DNA of 61,609 nt, the filler included, from Choristocarpus tenellus KU-1152 (taxonomy: Eukaryota > Protista > Phaeophyceae): assembly GCA_964200185.2 (NCBI GenBank). It is 6 parts of 6 records of this genome, joined end to end, with 100 filler letters (N's around TTAATTAATTAA, not from the genome) between each part and the next. Parts side by side here need not be neighbours in the genome. Positions count along the whole stretch, not along the records: positions 1 to 21,404 come from CAXNAD020000348.1; positions 21,505 to 28,833 come from CAXNAD020006324.1; 4 more parts are not named here. The stretch is one strand, 5' to 3'. The position numbers and the translations under genes are program-made. The notes below the pieces were generated by a model. The model worked only from the letters and a program-made list of their open reading frames with translations, was not told the DNA's origin and ran no database searches. Positions 13,501-25,900 of this stretch are shown here, piece after piece (within the stretch, counting starts at the first letter, position 1; every line of letters starts with the position of its first letter).

Positions 13501-14888
13501 GTGAGACAGTCTGCAAAAACAACCCATCGCTATTTTCTCAGCTCAGAAGTATTCATCCCTGGTGCAAACATTTCCAAACAAGCATCAAAAAGAAATCTAA
13601 CATGTCCAATTGGACTCCCTCCTGTTCATGAACCCCCCTACCTCCCCCAGCTTCGTATCAATATATCCAGACAAGCAAGAGCTGTGTCTAGAGGTGGTGA
13701 GTCCATGAGCATCATTCAGGTGAAGTCCATTACTATTAATGTACAGTCACAGGCCATAGAGTTAGTGCTTTTAGAAATTTGGCTCCCAACCACGTATAGC
13801 AATGCGTCAGGAGTGGTAATGGCAGTAGCAACTTTGGTATAAATCCGCTATTCTACTTAACTGTGCACTCTTCCTCCTTTACTCACCCCCCTCATAATGA
13901 GCTCACACTCCCAGCACACGCAATACGTGTCAACCAAACAAAGGTCTTGTCAGCTGGATTCAAGGTCATCTCGACGACAATAAATGCTATCATTCCTTGC
14001 GAAAGAACCATGATATCTTTTTTAACTCCCTGCCTGTCCTCCCCCCAACCTTGACAGGGCCTCCCACATCACAACTTAATATTTCCTAGTTCAAGTGATC
14101 AAGTCAACAGGCATACCAATGACCCCTCTTGCTCATGAACCTGCACTGGAAACTTCACACAATATTCCAGACCTACCACCATGGTTCACACTACTTCCGA
14201 TCACATCGCCCTTTCCCCCAGCCCCAGCCCTCACCATAGATGGTAACAATATAATTAATATCAGTACCCAGCACATGCACAGAACAACCGATACTCCTGG
14301 TGGAGGTACCTAGGTAGGGCATGTGACTGCCTTGCCTATGTGCAGCATACGTGGTGTTAGACACATGAGATACAGTCGGCAAGGGGTGGGAGCAACACTA
14401 ATATGACAGTGTTTTGCAGCACTTTCACATTTATCAGTCAGATCAGCACAACTCCACAACTTTACTGATGCCATCTTTGCATACACCATTTATATCAACC
14501 AAAAATGGGGAATCGCTGGCCATACTTTCTCCATTCTCACTTACCTTGATTTTCATCAATAGACACACCGTTAACACTGAGTGAGGGCCCATACAGCACT
14601 GTTCCCCTTCTACTCATCACAGCTGTCAACTATCAATTCATGGCAAGCAACTACATCACCCTCTCTCAGTCCAGCCCAAATCTCTCACCCCCCTCTGGTG
14701 GTCACTACTTGTATACTTGTACTATACTTTTGTGGTAACCCCTCTTGTGACCCTGTGGCACCCCTAGCACCCATACAGCTCGCAATCCATCCCAATTCTT
14801 TGAACAAAAGAGAGTAATTACTCAAGTCCTTTTCGCCTTCCAGCACGGAACAACAAAGTCTACATTACCCCCATTCCAACCCTTGCAC

Positions 14889-17800
14889 CTACTTAGCCCC
14901 AATCCCCAGTTGTTGGGAAAAAACTAACAGCTCATCGCCATCCCCCTCCCCTGTGGAAACCCCGGTCATTGTATCCACGGAAACTGTTACCCCCACTACC
15001 ATACCCTCTCCTATCCCTGAATCCCCCCCCCCCCACATGCCTCTGCCACCCCGCCAGTCACCACCACGGCCCAAGCCTGCCCCATCCCCATCATCTGAGG
15101 AGGGCATGGGGACCGTGCGTGGACCGGTGCCTGTCTCCTTCATCTTCTTCCGCCGCTCCCCAACCTGCCAGACAAAAAGCAGGGCAAAATCTGTTTTGAG
15201 GGTGTGATTGCATGAGGAAATAAATAGTCTTAAAGAATTGGAAGGAAGACAATGACTTTTATCACCCCCAAACCACAAAGACAAACTTGAAACATGGTGT
15301 TAGTATGGTGTGCTATTACATTGCAAAGAAAAATCTTGACAGATAGAACTCAAGATTTTGGAAATGGTTTGTTGAGGTTGAAACTTGAGCTTCCCTGCTT
15401 TTCCCCTTTCCTATCTTCTAATAAAAAACAAAATTCTATTATCTTCGGTGTTAGAGGCAAAAAATGACAAGAAATGACCCCTCACAGCATACTGTACAAA
15501 GACTTGTGTACTACAACACAGCTTATCACAAACAGCTCAATTACATAAGACAGCACAGAATGTCAACTAAGAGCCCCATCCAAAAAAGACATATCATCAA
15601 GTCCAACCCAACACATGCAAAATCCTATACTTGCCAAGAGCATGACACACCACTACATCAAACTCCTAAACCACAACAAACCAAAATCATCTGCCTATAC
15701 CAATGGGGTTCATCCAAGAGATTCCAATGCCTATGGGCCACACACAGCGGATTATTGAATGAGAAGGAAGGACCCCATGGGAATTTTCACGGATTCTAGA
15801 TATTTCTTATACATCCAACAGTATGGAATTAATTATGGTACAACTGTAGCCAATAGCACAAGCCTACTAGATACATCATGTCCTCTAATGAGCGGTCACC
15901 AATCCTCAAACACAATCTAAATCCTTGGCCTGCAACGATGAACTAGAGCTATAGAAGCAAACAAGTTGATACACAGCGATGTCAGACAACACAACCACCT
16001 AACGCAAACACCTCTAGCAGAACAATACCAAGGCCTCCAGTGCCAAAACACAACAATGTAACCTGTTAGAGGCAGTAGCAAAAGTATAGCAAAAAGGTCA
16101 GGAAAGCCTCCCAACCATAAACAAAAACTGCACCTCTTCCTCCGATAATGGCAGCCAATACAGTGAAGGCGTTTCCTCTGTCTTCCTAAAGATCTCATCT
16201 AGCGACAGTGGAGGTTCCTCCTCCACCTCCTTTGCCACCAACTCCGCTGCACGTCCAGGAGCCCCCCGCCCTCGCACAACACCTGCAGCCAATGTTCCAG
16301 TGCCTGCTGATGCAGCTGCTGGTGGCACCCCCCCTCCTACAGCCAGAGTCCCAACCCCTGACCCTCCTGGCGATGTCACCGCCCTCAACCCAGTTGCTGC
16401 TCTTAGTCCTGCCCCTGTTCCCGCCCCCATTGCTATTGGTGCAGGCATGGGTGAGGCTGCAGGAGTTGTGCCTATTGCATGCCTGGTGCCGTTGCTCCCA
16501 GCTGCACCTGCTGAAGCTGGTACTTTCATGCTTCCGCCTCCTCCCGATGACCTCCTGCGGCGTTCCTCAAACGCCATCACTGCCTTGACTGACGCCTGCA
16601 AAAGGTGTGTGCAAAACAATTCTTATAATTCTGATGGAGTCAGTGTGTGAGTGGAAAAGAATTTTTCTAGCTGCATTGCAAGGAAAAAAAAAGAGAAGGG
16701 AATACCACAACAACCAAATAACCCAACAAAATACACACAAATGTATACATTTTTGAAACAGCAACACACAATTTGAAGAACAAGCACAGCTATTTTTTCA
16801 ATCATTTACAACGGCTGCTTATATAATGTGCATTCACAGCAAATAAGTGATGATCTTCTTTTAACGTTAAACTGTCAACACAGAGTTCCACTCTTACCAA
16901 CCCCCCCTCCCCCCAGAAATATCAAAGCATTCCCTTTTCCCAAACATCTTGCCCTGTTACAGCCTCACCCAAAAAAAACAACCACACCAATAAGGCTTAT
17001 CAGAACTATGTGTCATGAATAACTCCTACATACCAGTAAGCTACACACAAGCACATGAAGGTGTTGATGTCCACCTCAGTGCACATCACCTCCACAGTAC
17101 AAAATAAACCAAACCAATACTGCATAGGAACGCCTCAACATGTAGCACCACGACATGTTAGCCAACCTCCTGAGCAGTAATGTTTGCCAATTTTGCTGAT
17201 AGCCGTTTAGTGCTCCGCTCTGGCCACTGTAGTCCTTGCAGGCTGGCTAAAGCCCGGTCTGCAGCATCCTTGCTCCCAAATGAGGCATAGCAGTGAGTTT
17301 TGATGCTGTCCATCCAGAACCCATCACTCACTAGAGGCGCCCCAGCCTTTTCTTCCAGGAGCTATGTCCCAATTACGGTCAGAACACGTGAAGGATGGGG
17401 TCAGTCGGGGGGGGGGGGGAGCTGGATTTTTTATGAAGCTCAAGTACGGACGGTGATGCTGGACTGGGGTCAGAAGGGGAGTGGGGAGGGGCAGACTGGT
17501 ATATTTAGCAGAGGAAAAGATTGGGGGCAAGGCTGAGTTGTTGATATTTCAATTATGAACAAATTTTCCACCTTAATCTGAAGAGTACTTGACAGAATGG
17601 TCATCAAACATCAAAACATGTTTCCAGGCACAGCACACAAAGACCCAAACCACTGACAGCAGAGGTGTGGTACAACAGTCACACAAAGTCAACACAAATT
17701 GAAGACACAACATGTTCCATTTACACATAACTACATGGTGATTTTGCTACTATTGTCGTTTATTCTTCTGTGAGCCACCAAACTAATATGACAAAACAAT

Positions 17801-20311
17801 GGTCAACAAGAGGCTATGGGTTACTTTAACTAACTTGTGTATCCTATTTCTTTGAATAAGGTAACGTGTTTGAACATTCAGAAGTGATTCAAACACACGT
17901 AACAACAAAAAAAAACGCTCAGGGCATCGTGATCGTGATGTATCAACCATGGACCAAAACCCTCTCAGTATCAACCTGTCACCTAATATCCACTCGATAT
18001 GAAAAAGTACAGACCTCCTCAGAGTAGACATATAACTTAGCATCGACAAGCCCTAACCCCAGTCAAACCAGACAACCTGCAACTGCTGATCAAGATCTTG
18101 CTAAACAAGCATATTTACAGAGTGGTGAATGTTGCTAACTCAACCCAACCCAAATATTTCATATTTAAACTGGTTGCTAGTTGTGTGTCAAGTATGAACT
18201 GATACTCTAGCCATAACTTCAAATCTAAGCATCCACCCCCTGGGCCAACCCTATGGTTGATCCCCCCCCCAATCTCCAAGAGATGCAGGGTAGGTTAGTG
18301 GCCACATTTAATGGTCTCATCATCATCAAATAGTCTACTCCACTCGTACAACCAAGAGTCACTATCAACAAAAATATCCTTCTCAAAAACATTCTGACAC
18401 CCATCTGGGTACAACCAACAATACACAAATGGTAACATTAGCCTACAAAATCATTTTCTCTTCAGACATGGGTGCCACCTGTGGTCGGTTTTCGACTATT
18501 CAACACCTGGACCTGCGTTCAACATTATAAAATTTTCATTCTAAATCATAACAGAAGACAGGAGAGGAAGAAGAGATGACAAATGAGGGCACACTTAGGG
18601 TTAGCCAGTCAAAAACCTGAATTGGGTAAACATTCAACCCTTTGACAAACAAGACCCTCACGCTTCCATAGCAGCACAACCTGACATCGATTGGGAGTTA
18701 CAAGTAATGCATCCATCTCACCTTCTTTGCCTGCCCCTGTGTAAAAGGTCGGACAAAATTTTCCACCCGTATGGTCACAGCCTTTGCATCTGCTCGATCT
18801 ACAGACTCAATAGCATCTCCAGCCCCTAGAGGATCTATACTGGCCTCGTTCATTTGAGCATCGTCATTCTTCTCCTGAGTCGCAGCCTTTGCTGGAGCAG
18901 CAGCACTTGTTGCCTTGGCAATCACCTTCCCCTCTTCACTCATGGCCACGGTGGCTGTGGCTATGGCTGTGTCTGGGGCACCCCTCTCCCCATTGCTTCC
19001 CAAGTCAGGAACGATTGCCTCCTGATCACCCCCATGCTCTACCCCTGTACCCTCATCTTTTTCATTGGAATCCACCCTAGCCTGTACTTCTTGTTCCCCA
19101 TTAACAATGGCTTTCCTGCCACCACCACTACTGTCTTTTTTAGACCTCTTACGTCGGCCCTTGGGTGAGCTGTCTACCTCTGTTCCCTTTGACTCTGCCA
19201 CCAATGACGTCACTGGTGCAGCGTCTGTTGTTTCCACTGCTTCCTCTACCACACGAGAGCCAGCACTGTTCCGGCCCTTCCCCCTGCTAGCCCTTGACCT
19301 CTTTGTTGTTGGAATGTCTTCGACCTGCCTTTCAGCGACCTCTGCCTTGGACCTCTTCCTACTGGCTTTGCCGTCATGGGACGGAGCCATATCCCCTGTC
19401 TTGATCGCCTTATCTTCCTTTTTAAGATCAGAGGCTGAAGTACCAACTCCACTGTCCAACGTGTCCATAGGCGATGCTTCAGATATCTGTGCTGAATCTT
19501 CTGGTAGCCTCGTATCAGTTTCCATAGCAGCTGGAACTGTTGGGGCAGACTTTGTTATCACCTTATTTAAGGGGAGGGGGCACCGCAAAGGTCAAATGTC
19601 CACTGCATTCATCTGAAGTTTTCGAGAAGGGTTTCGCATACCTTTTACACATACATAAAAATACCCATCTTTGCCCTCACCTCTTTCCCCGGGGCTGTAT
19701 CTGATGCTTGTTCAGGTTGAAGATCCATGTTGGATTCATTTTCCTCCGGAAGAGCCTCTGCTTTGGTAGACCTCGCCCCAGCCTTCGATTCCACCGCTTC
19801 CTCCATCACTGATGTGGGCTCATCAGCTGTGAGCTCATCAGCAACAGGTTTGTTATTCGTTCGCCTAGAGCTTGCATCTGGCTTTGGGTCGATTCCCTTC
19901 CTCGACGTGGACTCTTTCTGTGAAGCCAGAGAGTTAGATTCTTCATTCTGCTTCGTTTGATTTTGGATAAAGGCCTGGAATATGTGCATAAAACATACAA
20001 GTGGGGCACAAGGTTAGCATACCCGTTGAGTACCTACAGAAAAATCTTAGTTCAGATCACCAAAAAAAGTTCCACCTTGGGAGAAAAACTGCCAAATTAG
20101 AACAAGGGCTTCAATTCTCTCCTCTCCACAAGCAGGTTTTAGCATAAGAAGCCGAGAGACTCAGTTTTCTCACCGTGAGAGCCTCCACGTAGTCCGCCTT
20201 GCGCTTTAGGTCATCCAGAGGTTGGCGCAGGCGCTGAAGCTCGGATTTGATTTTTGCCACCGTCAGGGAAGGAACCTCGCCTACGCTTAGCGAGCAAACC
20301 AAATCGGCCAT
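14889..20311 (-). CDS. ACIN1: Acinus-like protein (SAP domain, RRM, RSB motif), 6 exons
   Basis: Exons 20311-20174 (SAP: PSLTVAKIKSELQRLRQP...KRKADYVEAL), 19974-19681, 19561-18722 (IRVENFVRPFT), 17361-17167 (FWMDSIKTHCYASF...LQWP), 16595-16134 (RSB: LDEIFRKTEETPSLYWLPLSEEE) and 15164-14889 (or 14932 if the C12 run is off by one). All introns are GT-AG and phase 0. Confidence 0.9.
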
Positions 20312-20731
20312 TTGGAGGTCGCTCCAATACTGCAAGGCGTGGGAAATCCGGGGGGGGTTGCGAAATTAGGGGTGTGGAGGAATCAACCTCGAAGAAAAAT
20401 GCCGTTTAATGAAGATCTCAGTGTCCCACCCAGTCCGGTATGCTCGGTCGCTACCCACTATCTCGATTTCCCCCTCCCAATGCGTCCCCTTACTATCCTT
20501 CCACCCTCTTCCTATTGGGGTTACACACTTAAAAGTCTGCCATTACCAAAACTGCTCCTCTCCTCCCATCACCAATCCCACGCGCGGCGCGCGCTGAATT
20601 CCTTTTGAAGTCCACCACAACCCAGACCTCAAAAACGAACAACCAAACCTCAGTTTTTCGAAGAGTTTTGAGTTTTCAACTCAAAAACACAGAGTACAAA
20701 TCGGTTTGTAAGGTATCCCCAGTCGATAACA

Positions 20732-21085
20732 ATGAGTCGCGTGGTGATCCATATCCAAGGACGAGACGGAAATCCCTATAACTTTATCGTCGATTCAATG
20801 ATTCCCCCACTACGACTACAAGAGTACCCATCTTCCACCCACGTGTCTAGGCTCTTTCTATCCACCACAGGCCCTTCCGACCTGGTCATTGAATTGCTGA
20901 GACCGAAGGATTGGCTGGAGCTGGAAGGAGTCAGTCGAGGCTTCAATGCCGCGATTGCGTCATCCACCTGTTGGCTGTCGCCACTTCTTGGGGGGCATAC
21001 CCTACGATTCGATGGAGCCGCTACGAAGAAGAGTGCCTACGTAGAACACCTCCGTGCTGAGCAGAGGGTAGCCAGAGCTTGGAAG
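20732..21085 (+). CDS. First exon of a possible F-box-like protein, rest lost at the contig end
   Basis: Open frame from ATG 20732 containing PSDLVIELLRPKDWLELEGVSRGFNAAIASSTCW, which matches the F-box pattern (L..l..VS+.f......W). Probable donor AAG|GTTAGA near 21085. Confidence 0.45.
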
Positions 21086-21404
21086 GTTAGACAAAGGTAC
21101 CGTATAGGTTTCTGTTGTACATATTCTGGATAGGTTTTGCGCTTCCTATATCGATTACCCTGGTAAAAACCCAGTTTGGGAGTACAGTATCGCTCACTTT
21201 TCTATGATCTGTCAGTACAGTCCTGACCTTTGCCTACCTATGCCGTGGTCTTTTGGGCTACAGAATGTACCTAAATCTCTTCAGTACATGAGCACCTATC
21301 CAGACTTATTTGATGCTCGCCCCTTTTTTGAGATGTTTTTGTATATCTTTTATCCCTTGATAGCCTGAATCGCCAAGGATTTTAATATCTGAGTGTATGT
21401 GTAC

Positions 21405-21504
21405 NNNNNNNNNNNNNNNNNNNNNNNNNNNNNNNNNNNNNNNNNNNNTTAATTAATTAANNNNNNNNNNNNNNNNNNNNNNNNNNNNNNNNNNNNNNNN
21501 NNNN
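21405..21504. other. Artificial contig linker N44-TTAATTAATTAA-N44
   Basis: Identical 100-bp structure repeated five times; the 12-mer gives stop codons in all six frames. Confidence 0.97.
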
Positions 21505-21566
21505 TAAGCAATCTCGCTGGGTTTATCACCTTTATCCTCTTTGATGATTTTGGGGATACTTTAACA

Positions 21567-21759
21567 TGTTGTACCAAGTGACATAGTAAGTAACACAGAT
21601 TGAGTGACGAGTTATGAGTGATCAGTGATGAGTGAAAGGTTTATCACCCCCCTTGAACGATATTTCTCACTCCAACTTTCTACCTCCTATAACATAACTG
21701 AGAAGGAATTAATCTACATATTTCAATATCAACACTTGGGATTCTACACATTCTTCACA
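21567..21759 (+). repeat. Solo-LTR-like copy of the repeat at 37112-37290
   Basis: TGTTGT...ATTGAGTGACGAGTTAT...TTTCTCACTCCAACTT...AATCTACATATTTCAATATCAA...CTACACATTCTT is shared with 37112-37290 and has TG...CA ends. No TSD seen. Confidence 0.7.
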
Positions 21760-22976
21760 CCGTTCTCCATTCTCATGTTTAACCTGTACGTTTCGCAGAC
21801 CCTCTCTCTAGAGTTGAATCCGAGCAGTTCATCCTACATCAGAAATCTGGCGGATCTGGATCATATAGATAATATATCAATGGTTGGGTTAAACATTCTA
21901 TGGATATTGTGAAGATCCTCCACAGGTCCGAAATTGTAATGATATGATATTTTTCCAACAAAAAATATTTCATAATACTGATTATAGTACGAATTACTTC
22001 AAGGACACATCAATTTCACTGATAGAGAAAGTAGTGGTTCCTGAAGGCAGTGGGGATTGATAAACGAATGGGGGTTCCCCTGTACAATGTGTAGAAAGGA
22101 TACCGTTATACCCACTCAGATTTCGTTGTCAGAGTGTAGTAAAAGTCTTACGAATAATTGAAGTGTGGAATCTTTCAGCAGATCAGTCCCACAAGTAATG
22201 GACATATCTCTTCAACCAGAGATGTCACACATCAAGAGATTAATATCTTTGTTGTCCGGTAAGATTCTCATCACCCCACAGCTTTTCTGGATGTAAACAC
22301 TTGTCCAATCTTAACCTCGACATCTTGGTTACAGTTCGTCTTGATTCGTCTGGTCGATCTTGCTTCTCACCACCCTTGTCTGAGTGAAACAGTCCGACTT
22401 TTTCCCCGACACAGGTGTGAAATGTCCAAGAGCATAAAATACTTGTATTAAGACTTTGAAGTCGGGAGTTTGACTTGAGATTGTTTCTCCAATATTGTTT
22501 GAAACTATTCGATTCAATTAAAAAATATCCTATGAACATTCGTAAACAAAATCCGAATTTTGGACATATTTGTCACTATCCAACTCTTGTTTCTCTCATT
22601 CACTTTAACTCAATACACTTTTACTACTAATGTATATATTCAGTTCGTAGGTTAGAAAAGACTAACACCTTATCAACTCCACAGCTCAGAATGTGGTCAT
22701 CATTCCACACTTATCCAAGTACACAGCGTAATCAATATATTGTAAGCCTGAGGGTAGAGCAAGAAAGACAAACCTACTCCGCAGACGAACGTAGTCTAAC
22801 TTGAGGATATCTCCTCAAGCGAATATTATTGAAAAAAGTTGCTTTCCTTTGAATATTCATATAGATTATTATTGAGTATACTTTTTCGAGGAGGCTGTGT
22901 ATCCACAGACAAGTCATCAGGGCACACGCACAATGTGGTGAGCAGCGTCAGCGTCCGTATTCTCAGGGAATAATCA

Positions 22977-25900
22977 ATGCGCCGCGAGTGGTTGGGTTAT
23001 GCCAACATTCATGCCTTGCAAATGCTCTCGCGCTTACAACAGGGGGCCGCAGCTGGTGGTGAACGAACACAAGCGACGTGCTACAGTCGTCTGGGGGATC
23101 CTCCTCCTTGGTTGGCTTTGCTTTGCGTTATGGACTATACTTGAAGCAGTTGAGCAGCGTAATAACCCTCCCACGAAGACGTCCGTGGTGGTGAGTAGGT
23201 CTTGTAAAACATGTTGTCTTCAAGGTTAGACTTTCTTTACAATATAGTGTTCTAGGTGTGTCTCTGTAACCGTATATCAACGGCTTGTATATTTCTCTGT
23301 TGGTGTATTATCGCCTACATCATCCCAGCAATCTTCTGATTGTAACCCCAAACCCTGTCGAGCAGGAAGGTGCCTACAAGTTTCCAGACATTCAGTTCTG
23401 CTTTTACAAGGAGTTTGGGTGTGAGACAAATCCACGATATTGTGCTGGAAATGCAACAGTTGCAGTCTACCACCTCAGCTCAAATTTTGAGGAATATCAT
23501 TACTACACAAAGTGGCCGAGCATCACAGCGTATGTGAGATCTGTGGTTGGCTTAAGAGTATTTTTCATCGACTTGACTTGTGGTTGTCGAGTGAAACGAC
23601 AGATTTTTTTGGGATGCCCCTTATTTTCGCTGGAATTATATTGTGCATGCTCAGTGAGTACTTACTAATTGTCGTGAAGGAGACACCAGGACTAGCATAT
23701 TGTTGGTGAAGTAGGGTGTTCTGGACGGAGGGGAGACGGTGGAAGAGGCTTGTTCGGGGCACTTGTCGAGATAATAGGGTCCCATGTCTGTTCTCCGTCA
23801 GGCGTGAGGACTTGAGCTCTATTGTATAATGGTGCGATGTAACCACGAAAGCGTAGATATGGCGAGTTACTGCAGTAGTATTGTTGTGGTTTGTATTGCA
23901 TATAAAGAAACAGGATGTTCTTGGGGTATGTAGTGCCGTTTGCATTACAGTAAGCTTGCCATAGTTCAATATATAATGCTCCTAGAGAGTCTCCACCCCC
24001 TACAGATGAACGAGTGTATCCTCAACTTTTCTTAGTTGGGTACCCACATACGGGCTTTGCAAAGGAGTTGTGTTGTTGCATGGAAACATAGTATGCAATT
24101 TGTCAGTCGTGACAGAGGGAGTTGCTATCCAAAGATGAACTGCTACCCACTCAACACGCATGGTGCCATTTCGCCTCCCACAGGAAAATGAGCGGTATTG
24201 GAACTGCAGAACGGTGGAGCTGTCATCTCTAACTCCCAATGCCACGATCCTTGATAACGAGGATTTTCCGAGCTTGTACGTTGATATGGAGGTATGGTTT
24301 CGAAAGATTATCATCAGTAGTTGCAGATGAATCTCCCTCCAGTGGAAGCCCAGAACGGTTCAACGCTAGTGCTTGCACATTGGACAATGTGACTTCAACA
24401 TTATGTTATGGTTGTAACAGTTTCCAAGAAAAATGTGTTAGGAGTCCCTATATTTGTTGTGTGTTACTCTACTATTCTAATGATCACATACACTCCTGGA
24501 GTATTTAGTATCTGTAGTCGTCATGATGTCGTTGAATGCGATTTGATCACATATCTTTAATGTTAAATCTCCTCTCTGGCATCTATGTAGAGTCATTATC
24601 GATACAATTGTAAGTGGTACACCTTCATTCAACAAAGTGGACTTTAACAATCGAGCGCATGTGTTATCTTGAAGTTAAAGTTAGAACATCTAGGAAAGAA
24701 GGCAAACTTGTTAGGTCGCTTTGAGTTGGTCCCAGCATTGTAAGTGAGGTAGAGCATTGACCTGAAACGCTGTCCCTTCCAACTGTCTTCATTTCATGCA
24801 GATAGCTTGGCCCCTTGCTGATGGAGATGCAAGCTCCTTGGAATCTTATTCGTGAGTGATGAGTCATGTGAATATTGCTTTATTATGTTGATCTCTTCAG
24901 TTAGGGACGGTGTTTCGACGGAGAGTCTAGCGCACAAACCAGTTATCCACTTCAGATTGCACGAAGTCTACTGGTCTTAAGATATACCTCACAGTTTCAT
25001 TGCTGTCAACAAACGTTCTCTTGTTAGCTTTTTAGGTTGATGGGGAAACAAATACGTTTCCAGTACTTGGCAGAAGGAAGGATCTCTACCTTTTCTCTGG
25101 CATCCCACTCACATCTTACCAACCGTATAAACAGGAATGCCATGGCCTTCTACACGACAGATGGGCAAGCTGGCCACTCTCTTGGGAACCTGCAGTATGA
25201 TCGAATTGAACCATTCTCCAATGTGACATCATTCACGCTCACTGATATTGTGAGTACATGCTGCACAAGTTCATTTAGGCGGATGTGTTCAATAAGAATA
25301 TTTCTTAGTCCGCACTCGAAACTTTGTCGTATCCAAAATAACTTTTGTCATTTCATGTATATTATTTGAACGACTTTGTACATTTTTTTCTCGCCAGGTA
25401 ATTGGTCTCAGGTGCTAAAGACTACTAAACAACACTAGATGTCGATAATAATCGTTCTCCCTAGAAACAGTATTAGACTTGTTACAATGACGTGGGAAAT
25501 GTGCCCCAGGTTGTTGTGTATTAATCTTTGTAATGAATGCCATCTGCCGAATGTCAGAAGACCAATATCGAGTTTGACTATAGATGTTGGCTTCTTCTCC
25601 TAGACAGACTGTGACGTGTTTGGAAGGGTGTTGCAGCACCGATGCTTCGTAGCTATGTGTTGCAGTACAATAGGAGTACAGAACTGTCCGTCCCTTGCTC
25701 TTTCTATCTTAGTGAAGTGCATGTGCTTAGGACCTGCCAGTGAAATGGAATTTCTGTTTGGTGCTAATATTAGCTCTGCAAAATATATTTTTTCCATATC
25801 TTATCCCTGTGTCTCTTGTTCTTTCTTCCACCCACCCTCACCTTCCTCCTAGACACTCAAGAAATCCAGTTACAAGCGCTTGGGAAGGGCAACATCATCA

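Noticed and set aside
19065-19616. Long plus-strand ORFs (also 16208-16650 and 14953-15207)
   Set aside because: Antisense shadows of the low-complexity ACIN1 exons.
21449-21460. Palindromic TTAATTAATTAA recurring five times
   Set aside because: Always centred in exactly 44+44 Ns, so it is an artificial six-frame-stop linker and not a biological site.
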